Of a DNA stretch of 64,000 nucleotides, positions 41,460 to 55,725 are shown in pieces. Under the pieces are notes generated by a model. It ran no database searches. It was given only the letters and a program-made list of their open reading frames with translations, and was not told the DNA's origin. Every line of letters begins with the position of its first letter. Positions within the stretch are counted from its first letter, which is position 1. The position numbers and the translations under genes are program-made. Source of the DNA: Octopus vulgaris (Eukaryota); contig OX597817.1 in assembly GCA_951406725.2 (NCBI GenBank), positions 152,520,001-152,584,000 on the forward strand. Reading direction: 5' to 3'.

Positions 41460-42270
41460 ACTGCCTCCAGGCAAGCAACAGCAAAGATCTTCCGAGATGC
41501 TGAAAACATCCCTCTAACTTCCTCCCCAGGCTTGCCAGGTCCACAAGCTCATAGCAGCCACAATCAATGTTGGCTCAAAGAAAGGTAGGTCCGGTGAGAT
41601 TATTGAAATATTTGAGTGGGAGCATGTAGATGTGTGCAGTGTGCAAGAGGTATGATGGAGGGGATCCTCAGCTAGACTGCCTGAAGGCAAGTGACGTAGA
41701 TGCATGTTTCTCTGGGTGGGCAGCAGTAATAGTTTAGGTGTTGTAGATATTCTGGCTGAGAAATGGGTGAATAAGGTGACTGAGGTAGTCAGGATATGTG
41801 ATAGGATTATTAAGCTAAGGGAAGTTTTGTTTAACCTTATAGTATTCAGATTATTCAGTTAAATGCAATACTTATTCGTTTACATTGTTTTGAATTAATC
41901 ATGAGATTTTGATGATGTGATTGTTATTTTTAGAATGACATTGTAATATAGGTTTAAGAGTTTAGACCTGACCAGTTTGAGCATAAAATTGGTAGAATAT
42001 TTTGTTTGAGTTTGTAATGCTAATATAACAATGTTATTTATTTCTGTATATGTTCCACATGCTGGACTTGCAGATATTCAGAAGGACCATTTCTATGAAT
42101 CCTTTCTGCAGACTACCTCAACAACAAAAGACAATGGCATTTGCATCATGGCAAGGGACTTCAGTGGCATTCTGACAGATCTCATGGTGTCCTTGGAGAT
42201 TATGAAAGATGAGACGGGAACAAGTTTTGTGATGCAAATGACTTACTGGTTTGCAATACCAACTTCATAG
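41460..42270 (+). pseudogene. Decayed RTE endonuclease fragment interrupted by a short repeat
   Basis: ATINVGS, VDVCSVQEV-WRG, DRIIKL and ISVYVP motifs. The insertion at ~41830-42000 resembles positions 1-170. Confidence 0.75.
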
Positions 42271-43109
42271 TTTACATGATAGTGATACTTGTTTTCATTC
42301 ATCAAATGATATCATGACAAGAGTTCATGCAAACATCCAAATATACTTGCATGTGTGTATGTGCACACACGCACACACACACGCCTGATGGATACTATGG
42401 GCTTCTTTCAGTTTCAGTCCACCATATCCACTCACAAAGCTTTGGTCAGCCTAGGGATAAGTAGATGATGCTCGAACTGCCATGCAGTGAAATTGAATTC
42501 AAGACTATATAGTTGGGAAGTAAGCTTCATAACCACACAATTATTTGTACCTGTTATTGTTAATTACTTTCCAGCTCTTCCTTAAACTCCATAATATCTT
42601 TTGGTAATATTTCTTGACAATAAGGTGGTGAGCTGGCAGAATCATTAACATGACAGGCAAAAAGCTTTGCAGCATTTCATCTGTCTTTACATTCTGAGTC
42701 CAAATTCTACCAAGGTCCACTTCGCCCTTCATTATTTCAGGGTTGATAAAATAAGTCCCAGTTGAGCACTGGGGTCGATGTAATTAACTTACTCTCTCCC
42801 CTGAACTTGCTGGCTTTGTGCCAAAATTTGAAACCGATATTTCTTGATAAAAAAGTGCCAATCTAGCAGAATCGTTAACACACCAGATAAAATGCTTTGT
42901 GGCTTTTTGTCTGTCTTTACATTCTGAATTCAAATACTACTGAGGTCCACTTTGCCTTACATCCTTTTAGGATCAATGAAATAAGTACCAGTTGAGCACT
43001 GGGGTTGATACAGTTGACTTACCCCCTATCCTGTACTTGTTGGCCTGGTGCCAAAATTTGGAAACAATATGTCTTGATAATTCAAATAGTACACTGGGTG
43101 AACTCTTTG

Positions 43110-43680
43110 TATTGGGTTGTCCGGAAAGATCATGCCGATTTTTAAAGGAAAGAAAAAGGTCAATAAATACTTGCCATTGCATTTTTAATCAACCAAATAT
43201 GAACCATTTTGTTGTACAATGCGTCTCCATCTTTCCTTTAACTTGCAAATACCCTCTTCTTAGAATTGAGCTGGTTTCATGGCAAAGAATTCATCAAGGT
43301 ATCTTTTTACGTCATCCAAGGAATTGAAATTTTTACCATTAAGACTATTCTACAGAGACCTTGAGTAAGTGGAAATCCAAAGGAGCAGTATCTGGTGAAT
43401 ATGGAGAGTGGGGTAGCACATCCCAGCCAAGCTGCAGCAATTTCTGTCTGGTTCCCAAAGCATCAAGTGCTGAAAATGAACTTTCTTATCTTCCATTTTA
43501 AAGGGTTACAGAATTAACACAGGTTATAGGAACAAAAACCGTCTTCCACGAAAAGATGGCTTAAACTGTGCTCTAAATGTAGGTGTAGTCAAATCCTATT
43601 TTATGGACTCAACCATTTTCTAAAATAAGTCGAAAGGTAAGCTACTATAATTTGGCACGAACTTTTCAGACAACCCAATA
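43110..43680 (-). mobile_element. Deleted mariner element
   Basis: TIRs tattgggttgtccggaaagatcatgcc / ggcacgaacttttcagacaacccaata. Minus strand ~43450-43360 translates KLLQLGWDVLPHSPYSPDTAPLDFHL (mariner YSPDLAP motif). Confidence 0.92.
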
Positions 43681-44603
43681 CAAGATTGCATGCAAACAAT
43701 TGCAATAACTAGTTGTTATTGTATAATTATTGCTATTAATTTTTTTTAGCTAAAGCTCAGGAGGGAAGGCATCTCTCATTACCTTTTACAGGGTCTCCAA
43801 AACAATTGGAAGAAAGGAAGTTATCCTCAAACCTGTGACCTTGCTCTTAATGCTTGTAGCTGAGTGAACCTTGTTGAAGACATCTGAGGTACCATATGGT
43901 GATAGTATTACACTGAGCAATAGATTAACTTACTATCCATGTGGGCCATGGTGGGATTTGAACCCAGAATTTAACAAGCAGAAACAAATATCACATGATG
44001 TCTAGTCTGACATTCTTACTGCAGTATCAACCTATCACTCTGGATTGGTACTTTTTTGTTGACTCTGAAAGGATGAAAGCTGAAGTTGACCTTGATAGGA
44101 TTTGAAGCTAGGTTGGAAGACATAATGGTTTCAAGTTTCAGCACAAGGCCAGCAATTTTGGAAGCGGGGATAAGTTGATTACATTGACCCCAGTACTCAA
44201 CTGCTACTTATTTTATTGAGCCTGAAAGGAATGAAAGGCAAAGCTGACCTTGGTGGAATTTGAACTGAGAACATAAAAAGAGACAAAATGCAGCTAAGTA
44301 TCTTGTCCGGCGTGCTAATGATTCTGCCAGCTCACTAACTTGAGTTGGGAGAAATATTACAAGGCATTCAGATGCTCTAAGAATTCTGCTGATGATAATT
44401 TATTTATGTAAGATCATTGATTTTTAAAAAAAAGTTGAACATAGATGCAAGAGTGGCTGTGTGGTAAGTAGCTTGTGTACCAACCACATGGTCCTGGACT
44501 CAGTCTCCCTGTGTGGCACCTTGGGCATGTGTCTTCTACTACAGGCTTGGACTGACCAAAGCTTTGTGAGTGGATTTGGTAGATAGAAACTGAAAGAAGC
44601 CTG

Positions 44604-44653
<50 letters not shown>

Positions 44654-44914
44654 ATATGTATCGATGTGTGTCTGTGTTTTTTCCCCCATTACCACTTCAC
44701 AACTAGTGTTGGTGTGTTTACATCCCCATAACTTAGTGGTTTGGTAAAAGAGACCAATAAAATAAGTACCAGGCTTAAAAATAAGTACTGGGGCTGCTTC
44801 ATTCAAGGTGGTGCTCCAGCATCGTATATATATGTGTATATGTATATATATACATGTGTATATGTATATATGTATATATATACATGTGTATATATATGTA
44901 TATGTATATGCATA

Positions 44915-44952
<38 letters not shown>

Positions 44953-46326
44953 CATGTGTGTGTGTGTGTGTATATATATATATTGGTTTATTGAACAGGA
45001 AAAAATACTCAGGATTGTAGTAAAATGAAGTAGTTTATGTAAATTGATCCTGTGACCTGTAACTCTGGGGTTTTCTCAGCATGTAGTTGGTTTTTCAGAC
45101 AAAAGTAGGCTCAATCCAGTTAAGTGGCTACATACAAGGGAAACTCCAGAGCTATGGCAATTGTGTCAACTTAAATAGAGTGTGTGTGTGTGTGAACATC
45201 TGAAACTACCACATTGATATGCATAGTACTTGATATTCATAAATATCATTCTAGAGGTTATAATAGGATATACTGGTCATCTGAGCATCAAAAGTATGAG
45301 TTGTCTTTCAGCTCTATCATTCTATGGAATCTAGAATTAAGCTATGGTTGTATGGTAGAGGTGATACAATCAAGTAGATGTGATACATACATACATACAT
45401 ACATACATCATCATCATCATTACTTAAAGTTTGTTTTCCATGTTGGCATGGGATGGACAGTTTGACAGGAACTAACCAACTGAAAGGCTGGTTAGGCTCC
45501 TTGTCTGATTTGGCATGGTTTCTATGGCTGAATGCCCTTCCTAACACCAACCCCTTTACAAAGTGCACTGGGTGTTTTACGCAGCACCGGCACGGGTACA
45601 TTTTATGTGATACCAGCACCATATGTATACATATAGGCAAACAGATGTATGTGCATACATACACTCATGTACATATGCAAACACACATATATGCAGACAG
45701 TGAAACCAACAAACCATTTTTTGTGAATGGCTTAGTCTGAGGCTGGAGAGCACTTCCTATGACCCTTTTCAGAGACTGACTGATAAGAAATCAAGGAAGT
45801 TGTTCTTAGATGGGAGATCAAGGACACATGCTTGCAACAGAGTGAACTCTGCAAATGGTACCCAAAGGGTGGTGTTAAACTGAGTGATGGATTAAGTCAG
45901 ATACTCAGGAATAGTTATGATCCGTCCATTGGGCTTTCACACTGATTCTTTTACAGTGCAACCAAACCCAAAGTTCCATACTTGCAAAGCAAAATTATAG
46001 TAGATAAACCATACCTGAATGCATATGTGGGACTAAGTGTTTCATAGATCATCATTGGTGTCTACATGTGGTACTGGAACAAAATGTTACCTTTGTTCAT
46101 TTAGCTGTCGGCAGTTATATGTACCAGATCATCTTTCCAATGTTACCTGTAACAGTTTCATGTTATACCCAGGAAGGTATTTATTACTCTATCACAGTGT
46201 ATTTGGTCAGTACCTATATTCTTCAAGTGCTCAGCTTAGCTAGCTTTTGTCATAAAAATGTACCAGATCACCTAGAAATATTTCACATGAGATAGGTCAG
46301 TGTCCTATTGAGTAGAAGATGCATCT

Positions 46327-46712
46327 GTGGAGGCGCAATGGCCCAGTGGTTAGGGCAGCGGACTCGCGGTCGTAGGATCGCGGTTTCGATTCCCAGACCG
46401 GGTGTTGTGAGTGTTTATTGAGCGAAAACACCTAAAGCTCCATGAGGCTCCGGCAGGGATGGTGGTGATCCCTGCTGTACTCTTTCACCACAACTTTCTC
46501 TCACTCTTACTTCCTGTTTCTGTTGTACCTGTATTTCAAAGGGCCGGCCTTGTCACTCTCTGTGTCACGCTGAATATCCCCGAGAACTATGTTAAGGGTA
46601 CACGTGTCTGTGGAATGCTCAGCCACTTACACGTTAATTTCACGAGCAGGCTGTTCCGTTGATCGGATCAACCGGAACCCTTGTCGTCGTAACCGACGGA
46701 GTGTTTCCATCC
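46327..46712 (+). mobile_element. Young full-length tRNA-derived SINE with 13-bp TSD
   Basis: A box tggcccagtggttagg and B box ggtttcgattccc; TSD agaagatgcatct at 46314-46326 and 46713-46725. Confidence 0.92.
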
Positions 46713-46831
46713 AGAAGATGCATCTCTCATTTGAGTATCTCAAGAACATACATTTTTTATTTCTTCAGTTCAGTTAGCTTGGATTGGAATTCTTATCTGA
46801 GACAGGGCAGCATGCTATCTAGAAAGAGGTA

Positions 46832-47183
46832 TCTATAATATAAATTGGACATGGGTGAGCATTGTATTCTTTCTTGTCTTGAGGTTCACAGCCAAATGGT
46901 TGGGTGGATGCGTGTGAAAAATGGCACACTTGTGGAGACGGGTGCATAGATTGGAATGCAGTTTGTATTTTTTCCCTAGCCCCCACACTTACTGAGAAAA
47001 TCGATCTGAAGCTGTTTTCTGACAGGGGTGGGGTAAGAAATTTTCATACAGTTGGAGGCTCCAATCGAAACAGGGGATCCGAAATGATAAAGTTGAGAAA
47101 CGCTGTTATAGATTATACCTAACCGAAAACGATCACACCCACATCATCCAAACAGACCGGGTGAAACCGGGCTTAACTGCTAG
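46832..47183 (+). mobile_element. Short non-autonomous Helitron
   Basis: a|TCtataatataa start, ccgg-gtgaaa-ccgg hairpin (47157-47170), then ctgCTAG|t end; inserted between A and T with no TSD. Confidence 0.8.
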
Positions 47184-50100
47184 TGACATATAAAAATGTT
47201 ACCTGTGATGTAGTCTTGAATGTCTAAGTGTATTTGTGGCATTGTCTCAGATATGTGAACTCGTGTTTTTTTATGTATAGCAAGTCATATTTTACTATCC
47301 TTATCTGCACAATTGATCAGTTTTTAGTTATTTTTTAGTTTGGTTTTGTGTTCAAATACTCATAGGGCTTGTAGGCGAGAAGATGGATAATAGTACTAGA
47401 TGTTAAAGGACAAAGAAACTAAAATAATAATTGTAAAGCTGAAGTGAAGGCCAAATATATAAGGCTGATGAAATTGGAAATATGGTAATCAGATAATGAG
47501 AGAATAATACTTTTTGGACCAATGCAGAAAGACCTCTGCATAGTTGCTTAACATGCTAGAAATAACAGTAAAATTCTTTCAAAACATATGTATTGTTTTT
47601 AAAAGGGTGAAAGAATACATTGAATTATTGTGGCCTTAGGTAGACTGGTGCACTATGCTGGATGATAATATGTATGATGCTAGGTCTTCACAATGCAAAT
47701 TGACCTGGAGCTGAACAACAACAATAACACTCTTGCTTAAACTTAAGACTAACAAGTTGCCACTGACCAACCACAACTTGATCCCTTGGGCACCAGTCAA
47801 GAACTGGAAGAAACAAGATAATGTGTCAATTGATAGTGTACCCTCCTGTCGAGTTAGTTATCAAGATGTTTGACCCTTTGTTGTATCTGATGGTGTATTT
47901 GGAAATTTCTTCTGCCTATACACTATGGCAAACAACGGCACTATGCAAAGGAAGATGAAGTCAGAAGCAACATGTGAAGAGACTATAATAACCTGAAACC
48001 AGGGAAGGGAATCTTTGCTAAAGACATCCCAGGGGCTTGTAGCAGTGTCAATCTGAGTAGCATGTTACATACACATACATATATTCATGCTCCAACTTAG
48101 TACCAATATATATCATCATCATCATCATCATCATCTTCATTTAATGTCCGTCTTCCATGTCAGCATGGATTAGATGGTTTGATAGTGTCCAACAAACCAG
48201 AGGACTGTTTTGGGATCCAATGCCTACTTAGATGCCCTTCCTAACACCAATCACTTGTATACAGGGTAGATTTTGTAGCACCAACACTATTGAGGTTACC
48301 AAGAAGAGGCATTTTCTATGTTCATAAGACAGAAAATGCCTCTTCAACTGAGTTGGGTTTTAGTAGAAGGGGCAGTGACTTTGTGCTGGACGTTGAAAGG
48401 CTAAAGTATGATAGAAGGATAGACACAAGTGTCTTACTATACAAGAGATACATGGCCACTTTGCATTATATAAAGATGGCTGGGAGTAGTTGGAAAGAAG
48501 ATAAAGATGATGGTGACAAGATGCCTGAGGGTACACTTAAAATATAAGAAGGTGAGTGTAAGAGAGGACACAGACAGATGATTGGGAAGCTTAGATGGGT
48601 GAGTTTGTAAGAGTGTGAGAGGAGAGCAACAGATGGTTAGAGATGAGGGTAGAGGTATACGTAGTGAATGATGAACGAGGGTGGAGAAGTGGTTGTTGGT
48701 AAACATCAGTTTGGAGGAGAATGTAAAAGAAATAGGAGCAGCTCAGGAAGGAAGAGGGGGTAAGTGACAGTACAGGAAGGGTGGAAAGAGAGCATGTGCA
48801 TGTGTGCACGCATGCACACACATGCACGCACACATGTGTGTGCACACACACACACACACACGCACAAAAGCACACTGGTCAGATTTACAACTGATTAATC
48901 TTAGCGCTTATCAGTCTTCTAACTGACTGAACTTGCAGTGATAACTGACTGACCTTGTAAGTAATCAATTTTATCACTAATAGAATATAACTGATTGAAC
49001 TTACAGCTGATTAACTGGACAAACTTGCAACTGGTCGAATTTATAACTCGATCAAACTTATCAGATGTGCCAGAAATAAATGGAAAACAATTCTTTAAAC
49101 AGAGCTAAATGCCAAAAGTTAAGGTGAATGACATCAATATTCTAGCTATTCCAGTAAATGATATTCTCAACTTGCTTGGAAAATAAGGAAAATAATGACT
49201 ACATTTAGAATACATGACCCCAAAGATGACAGATTACATTTGCAATAATCCATGAGGAAGCAAGAATATTATTATAAAATCTTACTGTAGGATTACCAAA
49301 ATATCACTAATCCTTTTGGTACCAACCTGCTTGGGACCACCCCAGCTTTTATGATACAAACCTCCTTTTTTAAAGTGATCTCAAAGTTTCCTATCAAAAT
49401 TTCATGTTAATTTATGGGCCAAACACCAGCTTAATAATGATAAAGGGAATTTATCAAATTCTTCATTATTTTCAAAATTAATTGAAACAAAGTCTGTGAT
49501 GTCCTTGTATGAATGCCCAGATTTTTGTGTTTAAGCTCATTTCTCAACCACATGGTCCTGGGTTCACTGCATGGCACCTTATGCAAGTGTCTTTTACTAT
49601 ATGTATATATGTATATGTATGCAGGCATGGCTATAAGCATAGCTGTAGGTGCAGTCAGGGTTTATAGTTAAGAAGTTTTCTTCCTAGCCATGAGGTTTCA
49701 GGTTCAGTCCCACTGAACCTCTATGACAGTACATACTTTGACGTGTCTGTCTCAGACAATTATACTCTTTACTATTTTACTCTTTTACTTGTTTCAGTCA
49801 TTTGATTGTGGCCATGCTGGAGCACCACCTTTAGTTGAGCAAATCAACCTCAGGACTTATTCTTTGTAAGCCTAGTACTTATTCTATCAGTCTCTTTTGC
49901 CCAAACGCGAAGTTGCGAGGACGTAAACACACCACCATTGGTTGTCAAGCGATGTTGGGGGGGGGGGGGGGGTAAAATACAGACACACAAACATATACAT
50001 CACACATATATATATATATATTTATATACACACATATATACATATATATGACGGGCTTCTTTCAGTTTCCGTCTACCAAATCCACTCACAAGGCTTTGGT

Positions 50101-50858
50101 CAGCCTGAGGCTATAGTAGAAGACATTTACCCAAGGTTCCACACAGTGGGACAGAACCCAGAACGATGTGGTTGGTAAGCAAGCTACTTACCACACAGCC
50201 ACTCTGAAGCCTATGTCCAGCTTTGGTAGAAGTTTTGATGGGATTGTTCCACTAATATATCTAATATATCCCAGGGCAGTTATTAATCTTTTTGGGTGGC
50301 ATTGTATATTGTTTTAGTTACAACATATTGCTATGGCTCAGTAGTTAGAGTGTTGGGCTCACAATCATGAGGTAGTGAGTTCAATTCTCAGACCAGGCTG
50401 TGTGTTGTGTTCTTGAGCAAGACACTTCATTTCATATTGTTCCGGTTCACTCAGCTGTAGAAATGGGTTGCAATGTCACTGAAGCCAAGCTGTACTGGCC
50501 TTCACCTCTCCCTTGGATAACATTGGTGGCATGAAGAGGGAAGGCTGCTGGTCTTCCATAAACAACCTTGCATGAATTGTGCCTCAGAGAGTAACTTTCT
50601 TTGTGCAATCCCATGGTCATTCATGACTGAAGGGGGTCTTTACCTCTTTCTAAGATTGTCACATTGGGAAGTATACTTTATAATATTTTTGGGGCAGCTG
50701 TTGATTACATGCATGATGTCTTCTACAGAAATGTGGCTTAAATGACATTATCAATCACATTTGGGATTCCACTGTCTCTTTCGTTCATGTATGCATTATA
50801 GTTAGGTGCAGGTGAGAATTTCAAAACAGTACTTTAAGTCAAGTGGCAAGAATCATGA

Positions 50859-51365
50859 TTTACCCTTTCGTTACCATTCTTGTATGAATGCCCAGATTTT
50901 TGTCTTTAAGCTCGTTTCTCAACCATATGGTCCTGGGTTCACTGCATGGCACCTTGGGCAAGTGTCTTTTACTATAGCCTCGGGCTGACCAAAGCCTTGT
51001 GAGTGGATTTGGTCGACAGAAACTGAAAGAATCCTGTCATATGTGTGTGCGTGTGTGTTTGTTCCCCCCCACACTTAACTTGTGTTGGTGTGTTTACATC
51101 CCTGTAACTTTGTGGTTTGGCAAAAAAGACTGATAAAATAAGTACTAGGCTTCAAAAAATAAATCCGTGACGAAAAATACTCATCCAGTACTTTAAATAT
51201 AATAAAGAATTTAATAAAATAACTTAGTTATCATCAAGCTGGTGTTAGGAACATAAACTGTGATTAAGGTTTGATGGAAGATTTTAATTCAGAACTTACG
51301 AAAACAAGGCATTTGTACTACAGAGCCAGAGCCAGTTTCAGCCGGGTTGGTAATGAAAGGATTAA
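50859..51365. mobile_element. piggyBac-like MITE with nested SINE
   Basis: Ends tttaccctttcgttacc / ggtaatgaaaggattaa (TTAA-type); SINE at ~50909-51160 inside. A related inverted copy lies at ~49308-49490. Confidence 0.65.
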
Positions 51366-51724
51366 TGCACCTCACATAAAGTGACCATCCTATCTCCTTC
51401 TCTCCCTCTCTGTTAAGGGATCCTTTAGTCTTGTAAGTTAGATAGTGACTTCATTAGTGCTGGTGCCACAGAAAAATACCTAATATACTGTGTAACATGC
51501 CTGGCATTAGGAAGGGCATCCAGTCATAGATACCATGCTGAAACAGAAACTGGAGCAAGTTCTGGTCCTCTGATCTATTAGATTCTCATTAAAACAGTCA
51601 ACCAATATCATTATGGAAAGCAAAAATAAAAATGATGATGTTGATGTTGTCATAGATCAACCCACAAATGCATATAATCAGACACACATACATAAGGTGT
51701 GTGTGTGTGTGTGTGTGTGTATGT

Positions 51725-51966
51725 AGAGTCCAGTTTGCTCGACATTGTTGTAGAGCTGAAAACGAGGCAATTTCTACTCTTCTCCTCTGGAAGCCATCTA
51801 CTCGCGATACCAGAGGGCGCACACTCTCCTCCCCTCCTGATGTAATCTCCAGGGATACAGGCATCCAACAACAGGACCTCTGTAATGCTATGATGGACCA
51901 TGAAGTCTGGTGTAGCATAGTAAATTCCATTGTCTCGACCACGGTCGAACAATGATGATGATGATG
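51725..51966 (+). mobile_element. RTE family A extreme 3' fragment
   Basis: RVQFARHCCRAENEAISTLLLWKP...STTVEQ* + (TGA)n, nearly identical to 18945-19179. Confidence 0.92.
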
Positions 51967-52159
51967 TGTGTATGTATGTATGTATGCATGTATGCATGTA
52001 TGTATGTATATTTTTTCCCTCTCAGTCCTTTCTGTCAAAGAGCATAGGCTTGAAACATCAAAGACTTTTCCATTCTTCCCGAGTGTCAAATTAATAGACA
52101 TGCAGACTTGCTTGTTGTTCACTCACCTGTCTTCATCTTTTGTTTTTTGTAAATTCGAA

Positions 52160-52260
<101 letters not shown>

Positions 52261-52784
52261 GGTATGTATGCTTACTTTATACCCATCATCTATATAAGTA
52301 TACACATACATAGATATGAACACGCAAATACATGCACATAATAACACACACAACCTGTACACATATATTCATATACACACACATGTGTATATGTTTGAGT
52401 ATGTGAGTATATTATGAAGCACATTGGTGTTTCGCTTGAGTGATCCAGAGGTAGGTAAAACCACATGCCTGGCATCCGGAAGTAATTCTTCAGTTGAGGA
52501 ACCAATCTACCTGAGTGTCTGCAGTTGTGTAGTTTTGGTAGGGGCAGCATTGGTATAATGTATTGGTTGCTGTGTGGTGGTGATGATGCCGGTGGCAGTA
52601 GTGATATAGTATATTGGTAGTTGTGTGATGGTGGTGGTGTATTAGTTGTTGGGTGGTAGTAGTAGTAGTGGTGTTATATTGGTGGCTGTGTGGTAGTAGG
52701 TTTGTATTGGTTGTTGTCGTTGTAGTAGTAGTAGTAGATGTGTATTGATGGTTTTGGTAGTTGTGTAGTAGTATGAAGTATGGG

Positions 52785-53017
52785 AAGGCAGCGAGCTGGC
52801 AGAATCGTTAGCACGCCGGGTGAAATGCCTAGCAGTATTTCGTCTGCCGCTACGTTCTGAGTTCAAATTCCGCCGAGGTTGTCTTTGCCTTTTATCCTTT
52901 CGGGGTCGATTAAATAAGTACCAGTTACGCACTGAGATCGATATGATCGACTTAATCCGTTTGTCTGTCTTTGTTTGTCACCTCTGTGTTTAGCCCCTTG
53001 TGGGTAGTAAAGAAATA
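52785..53017 (+). mobile_element. tRNA-derived SINE (gagctggcagaatcgttagc family) with 15-bp TSD
   Basis: TSD agtatgaagtatggg at 52770-52784 and 53018-53032. The core tttgcctttyatcctttcggggtcgat is, from memory, similar to the Meta-domain SINE core. Older copies near 24957, 28038, 42625, 42865, 44125 (-) and 55020 (-). Confidence 0.85.
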
Positions 53018-55374
53018 AGTATGAAGTATGGGGCAATGCGATAATTGTGTTGTATGGGCAGCAGTATATTGTAGTAGTGTTTGTAGTTGCAGTTGTGGTG
53101 GTGTTGATATATTGATGTTCATGTGGTAGTAGTGGTTGCGTAAGCACACAGCAAGCTGAATCTGTGATGTGGGTTCAACTTCATTCCTCTTGGAGCTATT
53201 TGCATCTATTTCTTGCAGCTGAAGCTTCCCACTGGAAAAGGAGAAGGTTCACTAGACGATCTAAACACACACACACACACACACACACTGTGGTAATGGG
53301 ATATCTTTTGTGTTGATTCAGTGATCCAGTCAGAGTTACAGACATATCTTAGTTGTTGTTAACTTATGAAATTACCATGTCAGTTATGAATGAATTAACT
53401 TGTAAGCTTTTTCACTGTAAAGTGATGTTAGATATTACACGCACACAGACATACAAAACACAGATGCATACCTACAAACACACGAGTGTATAATACATAC
53501 ATACACTAATTTGAGACTGAACTAATTTGAGACCCAGACACACCTGCCACTCTTTGCTGTATGAAACCAGTGATTTGGATGTCCTGTCACTTTTTTTTCT
53601 CATTTCTTGTAGACATAATATATCTAGGGTGTTACCCATTGTCCCCTTTCTTTTGAAAGTTGATAAAGTATGGATCTGAAGAAGATTTGGCTCTTATTTC
53701 TAGCAGGTTCAGCAACCATATTGAGGATTCCTTGGTTGTCTGATTAAAAGAATCTAAAGTAGAGCAATTTTGTATTTTTCTTGTAGGTATATTCAGTCCA
53801 GGATCGCATTATTCAGCCTGTTATCTCTTTTTTAAAACAGTAAGGTTTTATTTGAAGGAGATTTGGTAGCTATTTTTCACCAGCTGTGCTAGAAAGAAGA
53901 GGCTTGTTTTGTTACTGTAGTAGTTTTACCTAGGTCAGCCCTGACTGAGCAGACATATGATCAAAAGCATTCCACTTAACATCTTTTTTTTTTCTAGATT
54001 TAGTACACTATATGTTGCAGACCATGTTATCTAATATATCTTATTTTAAGAGAGTTGTGTGCAATCTAGGTATGGGCATACTGTGGCCTGCAGGACTTTT
54101 TGAATGGCACACTAATAACAAAATTACCTTGAATATTTTAAGTAGTGCAGCCCACCTTATAATGAGCTGTGCCTCATGTGGTCTACTTCTTGAAAACGTT
54201 TATCCATGCCTGGCATAATCTGAGGAAGATTTAGCTGCTATTTCTAGCAAACTGCGTGGCTACATAAAAGCTCTGTCATTGACTCATTCGGTTTCTTTTC
54301 TTTTTTTTATGTTAACTTGAGAGGAAGTGGTTGTGTCTATGACTTTTGCAGGTCATCCAGCACTGGTGGAATTGATACAGTTGATATCTAACTTGAATAG
54401 CTGTAAGCTAATAACTGTAGGAAAAAAAGTGAATTTTGGAGGGTTGATGTTCCATAGCTGAAGTATTGAGTATATTGATTAATATGGGGGTCTTGTGTTA
54501 GTAAACAAATAATGGGTACCATACTGAGGAAGAATGCATTGCAGTTAGCTAGTTCTGTGATATACAAGCTGATGTAGTAGCTGTTGAAGATTTAGAGGAG
54601 GAGACAGTGCCTCTGTCTAGGCTCAGAGGTTAGAGTTTTTTTGTTGTTTGAGGCAAATGAGGTTAGAAAAGTTGATAGCCTCGGTGTTGTTTATCAGTTT
54701 AGATGACACAAGATATATCACACATGCATTGCTGTCACCCTCAGAGTATCAGTGCTGGATGTGAAACTGGTTAAGACATTTGGCAAATAGTAATGGATCA
54801 GTCTGTCATACATTGTAGTGCTGTAGATTGATTTTTCTTTCTCTTTCTGGAAGAAAACAGCTGTGGATGGACATGGAAAGAGATGGGTCTTGCTAGGTTT
54901 AGATGTCTATGACATACTATATGTTTTGATAGTACCCTTACAATTTCATAAGCAGTTGAGGGTCCACATAGAAGCAAGATAAGACAGCATTCTAGAGCTT
55001 GAAAATTCAGTCTATATTGGTTTCAAATTTTGGTACAAGGCTAGTAATTTTGGGAGATGGGGCAAGTTGGTTACATCGACCCCAGTGCTTGAATGGTACT
55101 TATTTTATCAACCCTGAAAGGATGAAAAACAAAGCTGACCGTGGTGGAGTTTGAACTCAGAACATAAAGACAGACGAAATGTTGCTAAGCATTTTGTCTG
55201 GTGTGCTAATGCTCCTGCCAGCTTGTCACCCTAAGTTCAGTCTATATTGTAATATTTCTTCTTTTCAACGTCAGCTTTATCCTACTTGAAGTTTTTTCAG
55301 TCTTATCACTACATATTACAAAGATGCTTGTCAATTATGCAGAGTCTCAGTCACTTGTTTATGTTAAATACAGT

Positions 55375-55725
55375 CATGAGCTGTATTGCTGTCTGTGGTA
55401 CTCATTAATAGTATTAACCACTTACTGCAGTGAACTGCATCACTCTTTGTGTCAACCACCTACAGAAATGAAATGTACTTATTTATTGTCTACCACCTAC
55501 AGTAGCAAAATGTACCTCTCTCTGTGGTACATATTTATTGTTGCTACAACCAACTGTAATGAACTGTGGTCCTTTCTGTGGTATACATTTAAAGTGTCAG
55601 TTATTTACAGGCATGAACTGTACCTCAGATTGTGGTACATATTTATGTCTCAACCACCTACAGCAATGTGACCTGTATCTCTCTTTACACTGCATATTGT
55701 GTCTAACACCTTTAGGAGTGAACTG
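55375..55725. repeat. Degenerate ~54-bp minisatellite
   Basis: Recurring tgaactgtacctc...tgtggtacatattta...caaccacctacag units. Confidence 0.65.

Noticed and set aside
46327-46400. tRNA-like sequences at SINE heads
   Set aside because: A/B boxes only, no complete cloverleaf; they run into SINE bodies flanked by TSDs.
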